Positions 1 through 13,206 of a stretch of DNA of 35,744 nucleotides are shown in pieces (the stretch's first letter is position 1; the number at the start of each line of letters is the position of its first letter). The notes below the pieces were generated by a model, which made no database searches, was not told where the DNA came from, and worked only from the letters and a program-made list of their open reading frames with translations. The stretch is from the NCBI GenBank assembly GCA_038213805.1, contig JBBQSO010000055.1, positions 1 to 35,744 on the forward strand. Reading direction: 5' to 3'. Both the position numbers and the translations under genes were made by a program. The DNA comes from Planctomycetota bacterium (lineage in GTDB: Bacteria > Planctomycetota > UBA11346).

Positions 1-30
1 GACGTCGTCCTGGACCGCGCGCTCATGTGA
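1..30 (+). CDS. 3' end of an upstream gene (DVVLDRALM*), possibly a Lon protease C-terminus
   Basis: Frame 1 reads DVVLDRALM-TGA with high-GC codon usage and resembles Lon C-termini (xEVLxxAL). Too short to be sure. Confidence 0.25.
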   Translation, partial: DVVLDRALM

Positions 31-117
31 GATGCCCATGAGGCCCGGCGGCCCCGAGAGAATCGCATGTCAAGTACTTTTATATAAACGGGTTATGTCG
101 ATCCCGGTCATGGCCTG

Positions 118-510
118 GTGCGCTTAAGTCAACGGCATTGCGCCATAGGTGGCGTCCTGAACGGGTTGCTTGGGCCAGTGGTCGACTCAGCGCCTTCCGC
201 GGGGGATGGCACTGCGGCCTGGGGCGAGCTCGACGCGAGCCTCACCGCCTTTCTGATCTGCCACGACGACGCGAGCGGAGAGGTGGTCGACCGCCAGCGC
301 CTCATCCACGGTCCGCATGGCGCCATGGCGGTGCCCCTTGAACGCGGCCAGCAGGGCCGCCTGGAACTCGAGATCGACGATGGTTCGCGCCAGGTCGCCA
401 TCCCGCTCGCCAGCATCCTGGCCAACCCGGGGCAGCGCGTGGAACTCACCGTGCGAGCGGCCCCGGAAGCCAAGACGACGGCACCCCCACCGGACGCACC
501 TGCTCCCTGA
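118..510 (+). CDS. Hypothetical protein
   Basis: 130-aa ORF with GC3-rich codons in its central part, downstream of an AT-rich patch (60-97). Start uncertain (GTG 118 or 178). No recognisable motif. Confidence 0.5.
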   Translation: MRLSQRHCAIGGVLNGLLGPVVDSAPSAGDGTAAWGELDASLTAFLICHDDASGEVVDRQRLIHGPHGAMAVPLERGQQGRLELEIDDGSRQVAIPLASILANPGQRVELTVRAAPEAKTTAPPPDAPAP

Positions 511-780
511 AGGCGCCAGCGGCGTCCACTGCCTGCCCTGTGCAGGACCCACGCATTCCGCCCAGCACCACGCCGCCTGCGCCGCGGCACGACCCTCGCC
601 CTCCCCACTTCCGGCGCCGCCCCCAGCTGTTAAGCAGTGCGGCCCCACACGCGCTCCGCGCCCCGCTGCGGCTGTCCCCTTCCGCCTCCCGGCACGCGTT
701 CCGTGCCTCCTTTGCCCTCGTGCTGCCTGCTCCCTTTTTTTTCCGTCCTCCCCACTCCGCCCTCTCCCTCCTCGAGCCCC

Positions 781-1497
781 ATGGTCACCTCCGGCATGAA
801 GCGCTACCGCGTGCGCAACGCGGCCCAGTCCACCCTGATCGGCGACAAGGGCGACGCGCCGGTGGACGCCGATGCGCTGTTCGCCAGCAGCGGCGCGACC
901 CGCCTGGAGATCGGCTTCGGCCACGGCGAATTCATCAGCGCGATGGCGGCGGCCCATCCCGGGGAGCGCTTCATCGGCGTCGAGCACGACGACCTGCGCG
1001 TAACCAAGACGGCGCACAAGTGCCTGAAGCTGGGTGCGACCAATGTGCGCCTGTTCGGCGCCGAGGCGCACCGCTTCGTACGGCTGCGTCTGCCGCCGGC
1101 CAGCCTGCAACGCGCCTACATCCTGTTTCCCGATCCGTGGCCGAAACCGGGGCACCGCCGACGCCGGCTGATGACGCGCTCTTTCCTGCTCGACCTCAGC
1201 CATGCGGTCGCGCCGGGCGGGCGGCTGGTGTTCGCCAGCGACACCCACAACTACGCCCTTCAGGTATTGTCCAACCTCACCACCCTGCCCGGCCTGTGGA
1301 CCAACCTCTACCCACCTGGCGGCTACCGCATCGATATCCCGACGCGCTTTCCCACGGTCTTCGAGCGGTACAAGAAGGAGGAAGGCTGCACCATCATGTA
1401 CCTGCTGCTTGAGCGCAGTGCGGCGCCTGCGCCTGCGCGTTGTCCTTTCCCGGATCCGGACGCCCATCTGTCTCCGCACGGAGACGAAGACGCATAG
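781..1497 (+). CDS. trmB: tRNA (guanine-N7)-methyltransferase
   Basis: LEIGFGHGEF SAM-binding motif, HPGERFIGVE, FPDPWPKPGHRRRRL, FASD and T-x-FE motifs typical of TrmB. Start ATG 781 or 796. Confidence 0.92.
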   Translation: MVTSGMKRYRVRNAAQSTLIGDKGDAPVDADALFASSGATRLEIGFGHGEFISAMAAAHPGERFIGVEHDDLRVTKTAHKCLKLGATNVRLFGAEAHRFVRLRLPPASLQRAYILFPDPWPKPGHRRRRLMTRSFLLDLSHAVAPGGRLVFASDTHNYALQVLSNLTTLPGLWTNLYPPGGYRIDIPTRFPTVFERYKKEEGCTIMYLLLERSAAPAPARCPFPDPDAHLSPHGDEDA

Positions 1498-1518
1498 ACG
1501 CCGAATCAGTGGCTGTGC

Positions 1519-2691
1519 TTGCGCTCAAGTTGCTACACCCGGAGCGACTGCGTGATGCACGCTCTTGCGATGAGCAGCACTTCCGTACAGTGGCGGATCA
1601 TGCACCACTCGTCAGCACGCGCCGTCATTTCCTGCGTGATCGGTGGTAGCGGCTTCGGCGAACAGGCCTTGGCGCTGTGCACCGCCGCCTCGCTCGGCGA
1701 TGCCGATCCGAACTCAGTTCGCCTGCGCCAGGCGGCCCTGAACCGCGCTAGCGAACTGCCGGCGGACCCGCCCGGCGCCTACACCGGCGTGATCCTCGCC
1801 GCCCCCATCCCGAGCGACGAAAAAGATTTGTGCGTCCAACTCGCGCCGCTGGTGATCGAGCACCCCGAGGACACCGGCATGCAGCTCGCCTGCCTGGCAG
1901 GGCTGTGCAAGCTGTGGCCGCACGTTACCAGCGAAGAGCGGCCCCTGCTGCGCGCGCGCTTCCTCGCCGGCCTGGCCAGTCGGCGCATGCCGCCCGGCAG
2001 TCAGCTGACCAGCCGCCAGCTGGTCGCCTGGCAGCGCGACCTGCCGACCGCATACAGCAACGCCAGCGCCAGCGTCTCGAGCCTGCGCGCCGTGCTTATC
2101 GCCACTTCCGCGCGCGATGCGCACGTGGTCATGGCCGAACACCTCGGCATCAGCGCCGATCTGCCGACCCTGGCCTGGGTGCTGGGCGCGCTCACCGTGC
2201 AGATGCGCATCCAGCTGCACGACCGCAACCGCCACCTGCTGCACATCCTCATGGGCAGCATGGCCTGCGAACAGCTCGCCGCATGGACCCCGCCCGAACT
2301 CCTCGCTACGTTGCTCGCCCAGCTCGCCCATCAGCTCTGGTGGTGCAGCAATCAAGCGGGCCTGGCGCCAGTGCGCACCTGCCTGGACTCGGTCACCCGC
2401 CCGCTGGCGGAAGCCGTGCGCAGCGGTGACCTGACCGTCGCCCAGCGCTCGGCGCGCGCCGCGTGCAAGCAGCCGGCCGCGTTCTGGGAAACCGTCTGGA
2501 GCCTGCTCGACGCCCGCATCGCCGCCAACGACCCGAGCTGGTGCGAGGCGCTGGAGCTGGTCCTGGCCATCGCCGCGCGCACCGGGACCGACGCGGTCTC
2601 GCCCGACGACGCCGCCGCCTTGGGCACGCTCTTCGCCGACCTCGCGTATCGCGAGCAGCTGCCGACTGCGGCATTGGCGTCGCCGCACTGA
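1519..2691 (+). CDS. Hypothetical protein, predicted mostly alpha-helical
   Basis: 390-aa Leu/Ala-rich ORF with coding-like codon bias directly after trmB. Start uncertain (alternative ATGs 1555-1600). Confidence 0.7.
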   Translation: MRSSCYTRSDCVMHALAMSSTSVQWRIMHHSSARAVISCVIGGSGFGEQALALCTAASLGDADPNSVRLRQAALNRASELPADPPGAYTGVILAAPIPSDEKDLCVQLAPLVIEHPEDTGMQLACLAGLCKLWPHVTSEERPLLRARFLAGLASRRMPPGSQLTSRQLVAWQRDLPTAYSNASASVSSLRAVLIATSARDAHVVMAEHLGISADLPTLAWVLGALTVQMRIQLHDRNRHLLHILMGSMACEQLAAWTPPELLATLLAQLAHQLWWCSNQAGLAPVRTCLDSVTRPLAEAVRSGDLTVAQRSARAACKQPAAFWETVWSLLDARIAANDPSWCEALELVLAIAARTGTDAVSPDDAAALGTLFADLAYREQLPTAALASPH

Positions 2692-2703
2692 CAGCCGTGG
2701 AAT

Positions 2704-2742
2704 TGGGAAGTGGGAAGTGCGGGGTGCGGGGTGCGGGGTGCG
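2704..2742. repeat. Short heptamer tandem repeats (GGGAAGT x2, GGGGTGC x3)
   Basis: gggaagtgggaagtgcggggtgcggggtgcggggtgcgg read directly; loosely complementary C-rich units at ~2811-2847. Confidence 0.7.
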
Positions 2743-2888
2743 GATCTGGACATGACGGTTCTACTTAGGAGCCGGTCTGCCTCATGAGTCGCTGACGGTA
2801 CCCGCCTCGGTCACCTCGCACTCCGCACCTCGCCCTCCGCCCCCCACAATCCCTGCCAAAACCGTTTGGGCCGAGGCCTTGCATCGCT

Positions 2889-2908
2889 CCATCGCGATAA
2901 GACGATGG
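2889..2908. promoter_or_regulatory. Candidate autoregulatory operator CCATCG-N8-CGATGG
   Basis: Dyad CCATCGcgataagaCGATGG immediately upstream of the ArsR-methyltransferase start. SahR/SamR-type regulators bind ~20-bp palindromes at their own promoters. Confidence 0.6.
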
Positions 2909-2913
2909 AAGGC

Positions 2914-3890
2914 ATGCCCGCCCTCAGCGACCACCTGCGCATCCTCGCCGACGAGACCCGGCTGCGCGTCCTGCACCTGCTCGAAGCCGAGCCGCTGACC
3001 GTGGCCGAGCTGCAGGAGGTCCTCGATCTCGGCCAAAGCTCGATCAGTGGCCACCTCGCCAAGCTCAAGGCCGCCGGACTGATCCACGACCTCGCCGAGG
3101 GCAGCGCGCGCCGCTACCGCCTGCGTGAGGATCTCGAGCCGGCGCTGCGCGCGACCTGGACGACGGTGCGCGACCTGTCACGGCCGGAAAGCCGTTTCAG
3201 CGGCGACCGCGAACGCCTCGAGACGCTGCGCGCCCAGCGCGGGCGCAGCTGGGTCGAACGCGTCGCTGGCAGCCTGCACCGCGAGTACGCGCCGGGGCGC
3301 TCCTGGGACAGCCTCTGCCATGGCCTGCTGCATTTCGCGCGCTTCGGACGCTGCGTCGATGTCGGCGCCGGCGACGGCGCGATGGTCGAGCTGCTGGCAC
3401 CGCGCGCGACCACCCTGACCTGCGTCGACCCGGCGCCGGCGATGGTCGCCGCCGGGCGCGCGCGCGTCGCCGCGCTCGGCCTCACCGATGTCGCCTTCGT
3501 CGCCGCCCCGGGCGAGGCACTACCGCTGGCCGATGGCAGTGCCGACAGCGTGCTGTTCCTGCAGAGCCTACAGTACGTCGCCGACCCGGCGCGCGCTCTG
3601 GCAGAGGCCGCACGCGTGCTCGCCCCCGGCGGCCGGCTGCTGGTGCTGACCCTGGCCAGCCACACCTTTGCCGAGGCCGAGGCCTTCGGCCACCGCCACC
3701 GCGGCTTCGCGACCGCCGACCTGCGCCGCTGGACGCGCGGCCTGGTAACGCACCAGCTCTACACCCTGCCCGCAGAGACCCGCCTGCCGCGCTTCCAGAC
3801 CATCATCCTCAGCGCCGAGCGCGCCGCGGACGACGCTGGCCAGCGCGCCGATGCATCACCCGCCCCGACCGCCGCCAAGAAGCCCCGCCC

Positions 3891-3894
<4 letters not shown>
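2914..3894 (+). CDS. ArsR-family HTH + SAM-dependent methyltransferase-fold regulator (SahR/SamR type)
   Basis: N-terminal LADETRLRVL...LTVAELQEVL..GQSSISGHLAKLKAAGLI ArsR HTH; C-terminal VDVGAGDG, GEALPL.DGSAD and RVLAPGGRL methyltransferase motifs. Stop overlaps the metH start (ATGA). Start ATG 2905 or 2914. Confidence 0.9.
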
Positions 3895-7619
<3,725 letters not shown>

Positions 7620-7622
<3 letters not shown>

Positions 7623-7721
7623 TGGCTGATGGCTGAAGCAGCCGCTTCGCGGCGGCTTCGGCGCTTACACGGGGTTTCGAACTCGCCTACCACCGGTGGC
7701 AACTGGCCATCAGCCATCAGC
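7620..7721. repeat. Inverted pair of TGATGGC heptamer arrays enclosing a hairpin
   Basis: TGATGGC x2 (7620-7633) and GCCATCA x2 (7706-7719), with internal hairpin GAAGCAGCCGC-TTC-GCGGCGGCTTC (7635-7659). Confidence 0.75.
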
Positions 7722-7775
7722 GAGGCCACAACTCCTGACCCGTGCAAGCCCATCAGCACCGGTTAGCCTCCGCTC

Positions 7776-9962
7776 ATGACCACTCCGACCTCCGGCGGCG
7801 GCTGGCACGCCATCGGCTACACGCTGAAGAAGGCGCAGGAGGCGGGACCGCTGGCGCTGTGGGCGGCAATGCGCTCGCGCAATGCGTGCAAGACCTGCGC
7901 CCTGGGCATGGGCGGGCAGCGCGGCGGCATGGTCAACGAGGAGGGGCGCTTCCCCGAATTCTGTAAGAAGTCGGTGCAGGCGATGGTAGCCGACATGCAG
8001 CCCGCCATCCCCGCGCACCTCATCGGGGCGGCGAGCTTCGCGCGGCTCGCCGGCTACAGCCCGCGCCAACTCGAGACCATGGGCCGGCTGGTGGTACCGC
8101 TGGTCGCCGAGGCGGGCAGCGACCGCTATCGCGCCGCCACCTGGGAGGAGGCGGTCGAGCGCACGGGCGCCACGCTCGCGACCACCCCACCCGACCAGAG
8201 CTTCTTCTACTTCAGCGGCCGCTCATCCAACGAGGCCGGATTCCTGCTGCAGCTGGTCGCGCGGCTGTTCGGCACCAACAACGTCAACAACTGCTCGTTC
8301 TATTGCCACCAGGCGTCCGGAGTCGGCCTCGGCGGCATGTTCGGCGCCAGCACCGGCACGGTCGCGCTGGAGGACCTCGATCACTGCGACCTGGTGGTGC
8401 TGGTCGGCGGCAACCCCGCCTCCAACCACCCGCGCCTGATGCGCTCGCTGATGGCGCTCAAGCGACGCGGTGGAACGGTCATCGTCGTCAATCCGGTGCG
8501 CGAGGTGGGTCTCGCCGCGTTCAAGGTGCCCTCCGACCCGCAGAGCATGCTGCTCGGCACCACCATCGCCGACTTCTTCGTGCAGCCGCACATCGGCGGC
8601 GACATCGCGCTGTTCGCCGCGGTGGCCAAGGCGCTGCTCGCGCGAGAGGCGACCCTGCCGGGCGCGGTCGACCGCCCCTATCTCGCCGCCCACACCAACG
8701 GCTGGGACGAGCTCGAGACCCAGCTGCGCGGTCTCGACGCCGCCGAACTGGTGCGGCGCTCCGGCGTGGCGCAGGAGGTCATCGAGCGCGTCGCCGAATG
8801 CTACGTGCGCTCTCGCGCGACGATCTTCGCCTGGGCGATGGGCATCACCCACCACCTGCACGGCGTCGACAACGTGCGCATGCTCGCCGACCTCGCGCTG
8901 ATGCGCGGCATGGTCGGACGCCGCGGTGGCGGCCTGCTGCCGCTGCGCGGACATTCCAACATCCAGGGCCTGGGCTCGGTGGGCGTGGCGCCGCAGCTCA
9001 AGGCGGCGCTGTTCGCCAATCTCGAGAGCCACCTGGGGGTGGCGCTGCCGACCGCGCCCGGCCTTGACACCATGGCCTCGATGGAGCGCGCGGCCGCCGG
9101 CGGCATCCGCACCGCCTGGTGCCTGGGCGGCAACCTGTACGGCTCCAGCCCGGACGCGGCGTGGACCACCCGCGCCTTCGCTGCCATCGACCAGGTGGTC
9201 TACCTCAACACCGCGCTCAACACCGGTCACATCCACGGGCGCGGCAAGGAGACCTGGATCCTGCCAGTGCTGCCGCGCGACGAGGAGCCGCAGCCGACCA
9301 CCCAGGAATCGATGTTCAGCTACGTGCGCCTGTCCGACGGCGGCGCCGCGCGCCATCCCGGCCCGCGCAGCGAGGTCCAGGTGATCGCGGCCCTGGCACA
9401 GCGCGTGTTCGCCGGGCGCAGTTCCATCGACTGGGCCGGACTCGAGGCGCACGGCAGCATCAGGCGCCTGATCGCCGCGGTGGTGCCCGGTTACGAGCAA
9501 CTCGCCGACATCGACAGCACGCGCAAGGAGTTCCACGTCCCCGGCCGCAGCGTGCACAGTCCGGCCTTCGCCACCCCGGACCAGCGCGCCCGCATCCAGC
9601 CCATCGCCCTGCCTGGCGAGGCGGCGCCGGCCGGGACCCTGCGCCTGATGACGGTGCGTTCCGAAGGCCAGTTCAACACCGTGGTCTACGAAGACACTGA
9701 CCGCTATCGCGGCCAAGAGCGCCGCGACGTGCTGATGATCAGCCGCGCCGACCGCGAGCGCCTGGGCCTGGCCATCGACCAGCGCGTGACCGTGCGCAGC
9801 AGCACCGGCGCACTGCCCGGGCTGCTGGTGCGCGAGCTCGACGTGCGGCCCGGGAATGCGGTGATGTATTATCCCGAGGCCAACGTCCTGATCCCGCGCG
9901 CCGTCGATCCGGAGTCGGGCACGCCGTCCTTCAAGCACGTTGCGATCACCATCGAGGCGTGA
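7776..9962 (+). CDS. FdhF/YdeP-family molybdopterin oxidoreductase
   Basis: CKTCALGMGG..EFCKKS N-terminus, FYFSGRSSNEA, NNCSFYCHQASG, NPASNHPR, WAMGITHH, PLRGHSNIQG, and C-terminal TVRSEGQFNT/YYPEANVL molybdopterin dinucleotide-binding domain. Confidence 0.93.
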   Translation: MTTPTSGGGWHAIGYTLKKAQEAGPLALWAAMRSRNACKTCALGMGGQRGGMVNEEGRFPEFCKKSVQAMVADMQPAIPAHLIGAASFARLAGYSPRQLETMGRLVVPLVAEAGSDRYRAATWEEAVERTGATLATTPPDQSFFYFSGRSSNEAGFLLQLVARLFGTNNVNNCSFYCHQASGVGLGGMFGASTGTVALEDLDHCDLVVLVGGNPASNHPRLMRSLMALKRRGGTVIVVNPVREVGLAAFKVPSDPQSMLLGTTIADFFVQPHIGGDIALFAAVAKALLAREATLPGAVDRPYLAAHTNGWDELETQLRGLDAAELVRRSGVAQEVIERVAECYVRSRATIFAWAMGITHHLHGVDNVRMLADLALMRGMVGRRGGGLLPLRGHSNIQGLGSVGVAPQLKAALFANLESHLGVALPTAPGLDTMASMERAAAGGIRTAWCLGGNLYGSSPDAAWTTRAFAAIDQVVYLNTALNTGHIHGRGKETWILPVLPRDEEPQPTTQESMFSYVRLSDGGAARHPGPRSEVQVIAALAQRVFAGRSSIDWAGLEAHGSIRRLIAAVVPGYEQLADIDSTRKEFHVPGRSVHSPAFATPDQRARIQPIALPGEAAPAGTLRLMTVRSEGQFNTVVYEDTDRYRGQERRDVLMISRADRERLGLAIDQRVTVRSSTGALPGLLVRELDVRPGNAVMYYPEANVLIPRAVDPESGTPSFKHVAITIEA

Positions 9963-9974
9963 GCGCGGCCGCCG

Positions 9975-10550
9975 TCAGGCGCCGGAGATCGCCATCAGGT
10001 GGTTCAGCCGCAGCTGGGTCAATTGGGTGATGGCCTGGCGGCTGACACGCACCAGGTTGACCGGCACCGGCGCGCAGGCCTGGTTGAGGTGCAGCAGCCA
10101 GGCGACGGTCAGCGAGTTGATGTGCTCGTGCTCGCGCAGGTCGATCTCGACCGCGCTGGCCTCGACGCCACGCAACCACTCATGGGCGTCGGGATCGCTC
10201 AGGAAGGGATGCTGGGCGAGCGCCTTGCTTGGGCGCACCTGGACGCGGCCGCGGTCATCGAGGGTGATGAGCAGCGGTGACTCGCCGATCACCGTCGGCG
10301 GCGGCCCGGCGAGGCTGCCGGTGCGGTCGCAGAGCTGGACGGCGATGCGCGCCGCCGGCGCCAGGCCGGTCAGGCGCACAAAGCCCCAACGTGCGCCGTC
10401 GACCACCGCGGCCAGGAACGCCACCGGCAGGCGCGGGCGCGCGCTGCAGTCGATGGTCAGCACGGTGCCGCCTGCGGTGGCCTCGGCCAAGCGGTCGCGC
10501 ACGGTGCCCGGCGGCAGGTCGGCGATGGTGCAGGTGGCGTCCTGGCTCAT
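9975..10550 (-). CDS. STAS (anti-anti-sigma)-like domain protein
   Basis: C-terminal VEIDLREHEHINSLTVAWLL...VNLVRVSRQAITQLTQLRLNHLM fits the STAS pattern; a more degenerate copy lies N-terminally. Likely start MSQDAT at 10550. Confidence 0.65.
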   Translation of the reverse strand: MSQDATCTIADLPPGTVRDRLAEATAGGTVLTIDCSARPRLPVAFLAAVVDGARWGFVRLTGLAPAARIAVQLCDRTGSLAGPPPTVIGESPLLITLDDRGRVQVRPSKALAQHPFLSDPDAHEWLRGVEASAVEIDLREHEHINSLTVAWLLHLNQACAPVPVNLVRVSRQAITQLTQLRLNHLMAISGA

Positions 10551-10665
10551 GGGTCCCCGTAAAGGTGGTGCCCCGAGCGGGGCGACGGCAGCGGAAGTTC
10601 CGTCCGCACGGCGCTGCGTGCGGACCAGCGGTGTTATCCCCACCCACCCCGCCGACAAGGCGTTT

Positions 10666-12072
10666 TCAGCCCGCTTCGCCCTCTGGAGCGGGCGGCGCCT
10701 GCGGGATTGCCGCGGGCGCGACCATGGCTTTGTGCTGGAGCAGATGGAAGTAGCGCCGGCAGAAGCGGTGCGCCTCGTCGCGCACATACATCAGCAGCTT
10801 GAGCCCGGCGTCGCGCCGCCCGAGCACGACCTCGCTGCCGTCCAGGCGCACGATGGTCTCGGCGCGCTTGGCGAGGCCGACCAGGCAGGGCAGCGCCACG
10901 CCAAGCTCCTCGAGCACCGCGCGCGCCATCGCCAGCTGGCCGTGGCCGCCGTCGATCAGCACCAGGTCGGGCAGCGGCTGGGCCTCGTCGCGCAGGCGCG
11001 CGTAGCGGCGCCCGACGACCTCGCGCATGGCCGCGAAGTCGTCGTTGCCGGGGTCGCCGTCGCCGGCTGCCCCGCGGATCTTGAAGCGCCGGTAGGCGTC
11101 CTTGTTGGGCACCCCGGAGACGAACTGCACCAAGCTCGCCACCACGTGCGTGCCTTGCAGGTGGGCGATGTCGAAGCCCTCGATGACGCGTGGCGGCGCG
11201 GCCAGGCCGAGGTGCGCACGCAAGCGCTCCATGCCGGCGTGGATGTCGATGGTTGGCGCCGCCGGCTCGTCGTAGTCGCGCAGACGGCCGCGCTCCTTGA
11301 GGCGGTCGATGGCGTGGATCTGATCGCGGCAGCGCGCCGCGTCCTCGAAGCGCAGTTCGCCGGCGGCGCGCTTCATGCGCTCGCGCAGCGAGCTGACCAC
11401 GGTGCCCTTGTTGCGCCCGCCGATGAAGGCGCGCAAAGCGCGGATGTCCTCGCCATAGTCGGCCTGCGAGACGCGCGTGGTGCACGGCGCCGAGCAGCGC
11501 TTGATGTGGAAGTTCAGGCACGGCTTGAACGAGCGCCGCCCCGGGTCGTCCTCGCGCAGATCGAGGTCGCAGACGCGGAAGCGGAACACGCGCATCAGGA
11601 AGTGGTAGGCGCGGTAGAGCTCCTTTGCTGAGCCGAACGGCCCGAAGAAATCGACCTCGGGCTGGTCGCGGTCGCGCGTGCAGAATACCCGCGGGAAGGC
11701 CTCGCGGGTGATCGCCAGCAGCGGATAGGTCTTGTCGTCCTTGAGCTTGATGTTGAAGCGCGGCTGGAGCTCCTTGATCAGCACGTTCTCGAGCAGCAGC
11801 GCCTCGACCTCGCTGTCGGTGGCGATGACCTGCAGGTCGACGGTCTCCATCACCAGGCGCAGGGTCTTTGCCGGATGCCCATCGCGCGCCTGGAAGTAGC
11901 TGGCCACGCGCCGACGCAGATTCTTGGCCTTGCCGACGTAGATCTCGATGCCCGCCGCATCCTTGTAGATGTAGCACCCCGGCCCGTCGCCGAGCGCAGC
12001 GATCTTTTCCGCTAGGGTGGTCGGCAGGTCCATCGCGCTGGAGGGATCCGCCGCGGAAGGCGGTTGGGGCAT
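10666..12072 (-). CDS. uvrC: Excinuclease ABC subunit C, short form without C-terminal HhH domain
   Basis: PGCY..IYVGKAKNLRRRVASYF GIY-YIG domain, 4-Cys region, L.FEDAARCRD UVR motif, and IEGFDIAH, DDFAAM, DGGHGQL, RDEAHRF of the RNase H-like domain. Start 12072 or 12033. Confidence 0.93.
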   Translation of the reverse strand: MPQPPSAADPSSAMDLPTTLAEKIAALGDGPGCYIYKDAAGIEIYVGKAKNLRRRVASYFQARDGHPAKTLRLVMETVDLQVIATDSEVEALLLENVLIKELQPRFNIKLKDDKTYPLLAITREAFPRVFCTRDRDQPEVDFFGPFGSAKELYRAYHFLMRVFRFRVCDLDLREDDPGRRSFKPCLNFHIKRCSAPCTTRVSQADYGEDIRALRAFIGGRNKGTVVSSLRERMKRAAGELRFEDAARCRDQIHAIDRLKERGRLRDYDEPAAPTIDIHAGMERLRAHLGLAAPPRVIEGFDIAHLQGTHVVASLVQFVSGVPNKDAYRRFKIRGAAGDGDPGNDDFAAMREVVGRRYARLRDEAQPLPDLVLIDGGHGQLAMARAVLEELGVALPCLVGLAKRAETIVRLDGSEVVLGRRDAGLKLLMYVRDEAHRFCRRYFHLLQHKAMVAPAAIPQAPPAPEGEAG

Positions 12073-12254
12073 GGCGCGATCCTGCCCGCACCGTGCCGGT
12101 CTGCCAGCGGCGCCGCACCGAAGGTGCACCAGTCCACCACGTGAAGCGCGCGTGCCGTCAGGGCCGTCCATCCCAATCCCGTGGTCGAGCGCAGTGCGGC
12201 GCGGTCCTCCCCGGACCGCGCCGCACTGGCGCACCCGGAACGCGAAATGGGGGT

Positions 12255-12299
12255 CCAGGGGCACCGCCCCTGGCAGGGCGTAGCGGGACAGCGTCCCGC
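12255..12299. repeat. Two adjacent GC-rich hairpins (REP-like)
   Basis: CCAGGGGC-ACC-GCCCCTGG (12255-12273) and GCGGGAC-AGC-GTCCCGC (12283-12299). Confidence 0.55.
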
Positions 12300-12460
12300 G
12301 AACAGCAATCCCCCGAGCCGCAACGCGGCGAGCGGGGACGGACGCGGCCGCGCGCAGCGCGGCGCGGTGGCGCAGCCACCGCCGCGGCCGGGCGACGGCG
12401 CGCAGCGCCGCCCGCGCAGCGGGCCCGCCGCAGGCGGAGTCGCCCGGACGCAGCGTCCAG

Positions 12461-13102
12461 CTAGTCGATTTTGGTCTTGTCCTTGTTCATTGCCCACCAG
12501 TCCGTCCAGGCCTTCTTCAGCGCCTGGTGGTGCTCGCCATACCACGCCGCCCAGATCTTCTCGTCGGCGTCCAGCGCCAGGACTTTGGGATCGCGCAGCG
12601 GCACCGGCGGCAGGCCGTTGGCTGTGATGGGCTTGCCGCGCTCGGGAATCTCGCGGTGGTGGCACATCACGCGCAGGATGCTGTCGGCGTTATAGGCGAT
12701 CAGCGGCTGGGGATCCTCGAGCACGCCGATCAGCGCCTCGACACAGCGCTTGGTGCCGGTCGCCGAAAGCACCTCGACCACGCCCATGCGCACGCCCCAA
12801 TCGGTGCTGGAGCCGAGGGTCTCGACCAGGCGCGTCTCGATGGTCGCGCCGCGGCTGATCAGGTTGCGCTTGGCCTCGTCGTAGACCACGGAGTTGGCCG
12901 GATCATCGAGATCCTTGCCCTTGGCGAGCTTGGCGAGGTCCTCGCGCAGCGCTTTCTCCTTCTCGTCGGTCACCGGAGTGGCATCGGTCGAGTAGATCTC
13001 CTTGCGCTCGTCGCCGCAGCCGCCGAGCAGCAGCAGTGCAACCAGACCGGGCAGCAGCGCGCCGAACCCAGACCTGGGACGGACGCAGTGGGGAGAACGC
13101 AT
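12461..13102 (-). CDS. Predicted lipoprotein with HEAT-like repeats
   Basis: Hydrophobic signal ending in lipobox LLGG-C; HEAT-like segments (WGVRMGVVEVL, VEALIGVLEDPQPLIA) and W..WW tail. Start uncertain. Confidence 0.75.
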   Translation of the reverse strand: MRSPHCVRPRSGFGALLPGLVALLLLGGCGDERKEIYSTDATPVTDEKEKALREDLAKLAKGKDLDDPANSVVYDEAKRNLISRGATIETRLVETLGSSTDWGVRMGVVEVLSATGTKRCVEALIGVLEDPQPLIAYNADSILRVMCHHREIPERGKPITANGLPPVPLRDPKVLALDADEKIWAAWYGEHHQALKKAWTDWWAMNKDKTKID

Positions 13103-13206
13103 GGCGCACCTCATGGGCAGTGGCGTACGCAGGCGCATGGGCCTGTCGAGCGCGGCTGCGCCTCCAGCGGACGCGCTGCACCATCCGCCTGACCGAGTGG
13201 GGCGGA

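Noticed and set aside
2692..2913. SAM or cobalamin riboswitch upstream of the regulator-metH operon
   Set aside because: No conserved riboswitch core recognised by eye; the palindromic operator explains regulation better. An Rfam scan was not run.
7776..9962. Selenocysteine formate dehydrogenase
   Set aside because: No in-frame TGA; the active-site region reads CSFYCH and the motifs fit the FdhF/YdeP subfamily.
9940..11631. 563-aa plus-strand ORF
   Set aside because: Antisense to uvrC and the STAS-like gene, which carry the recognisable motifs.
12072..12086. Sigma54-like TGGCGCG...TGC motif (a similar one at ~14199)
   Set aside because: GG-to-GC spacing is 9 rather than the required 10 nt.
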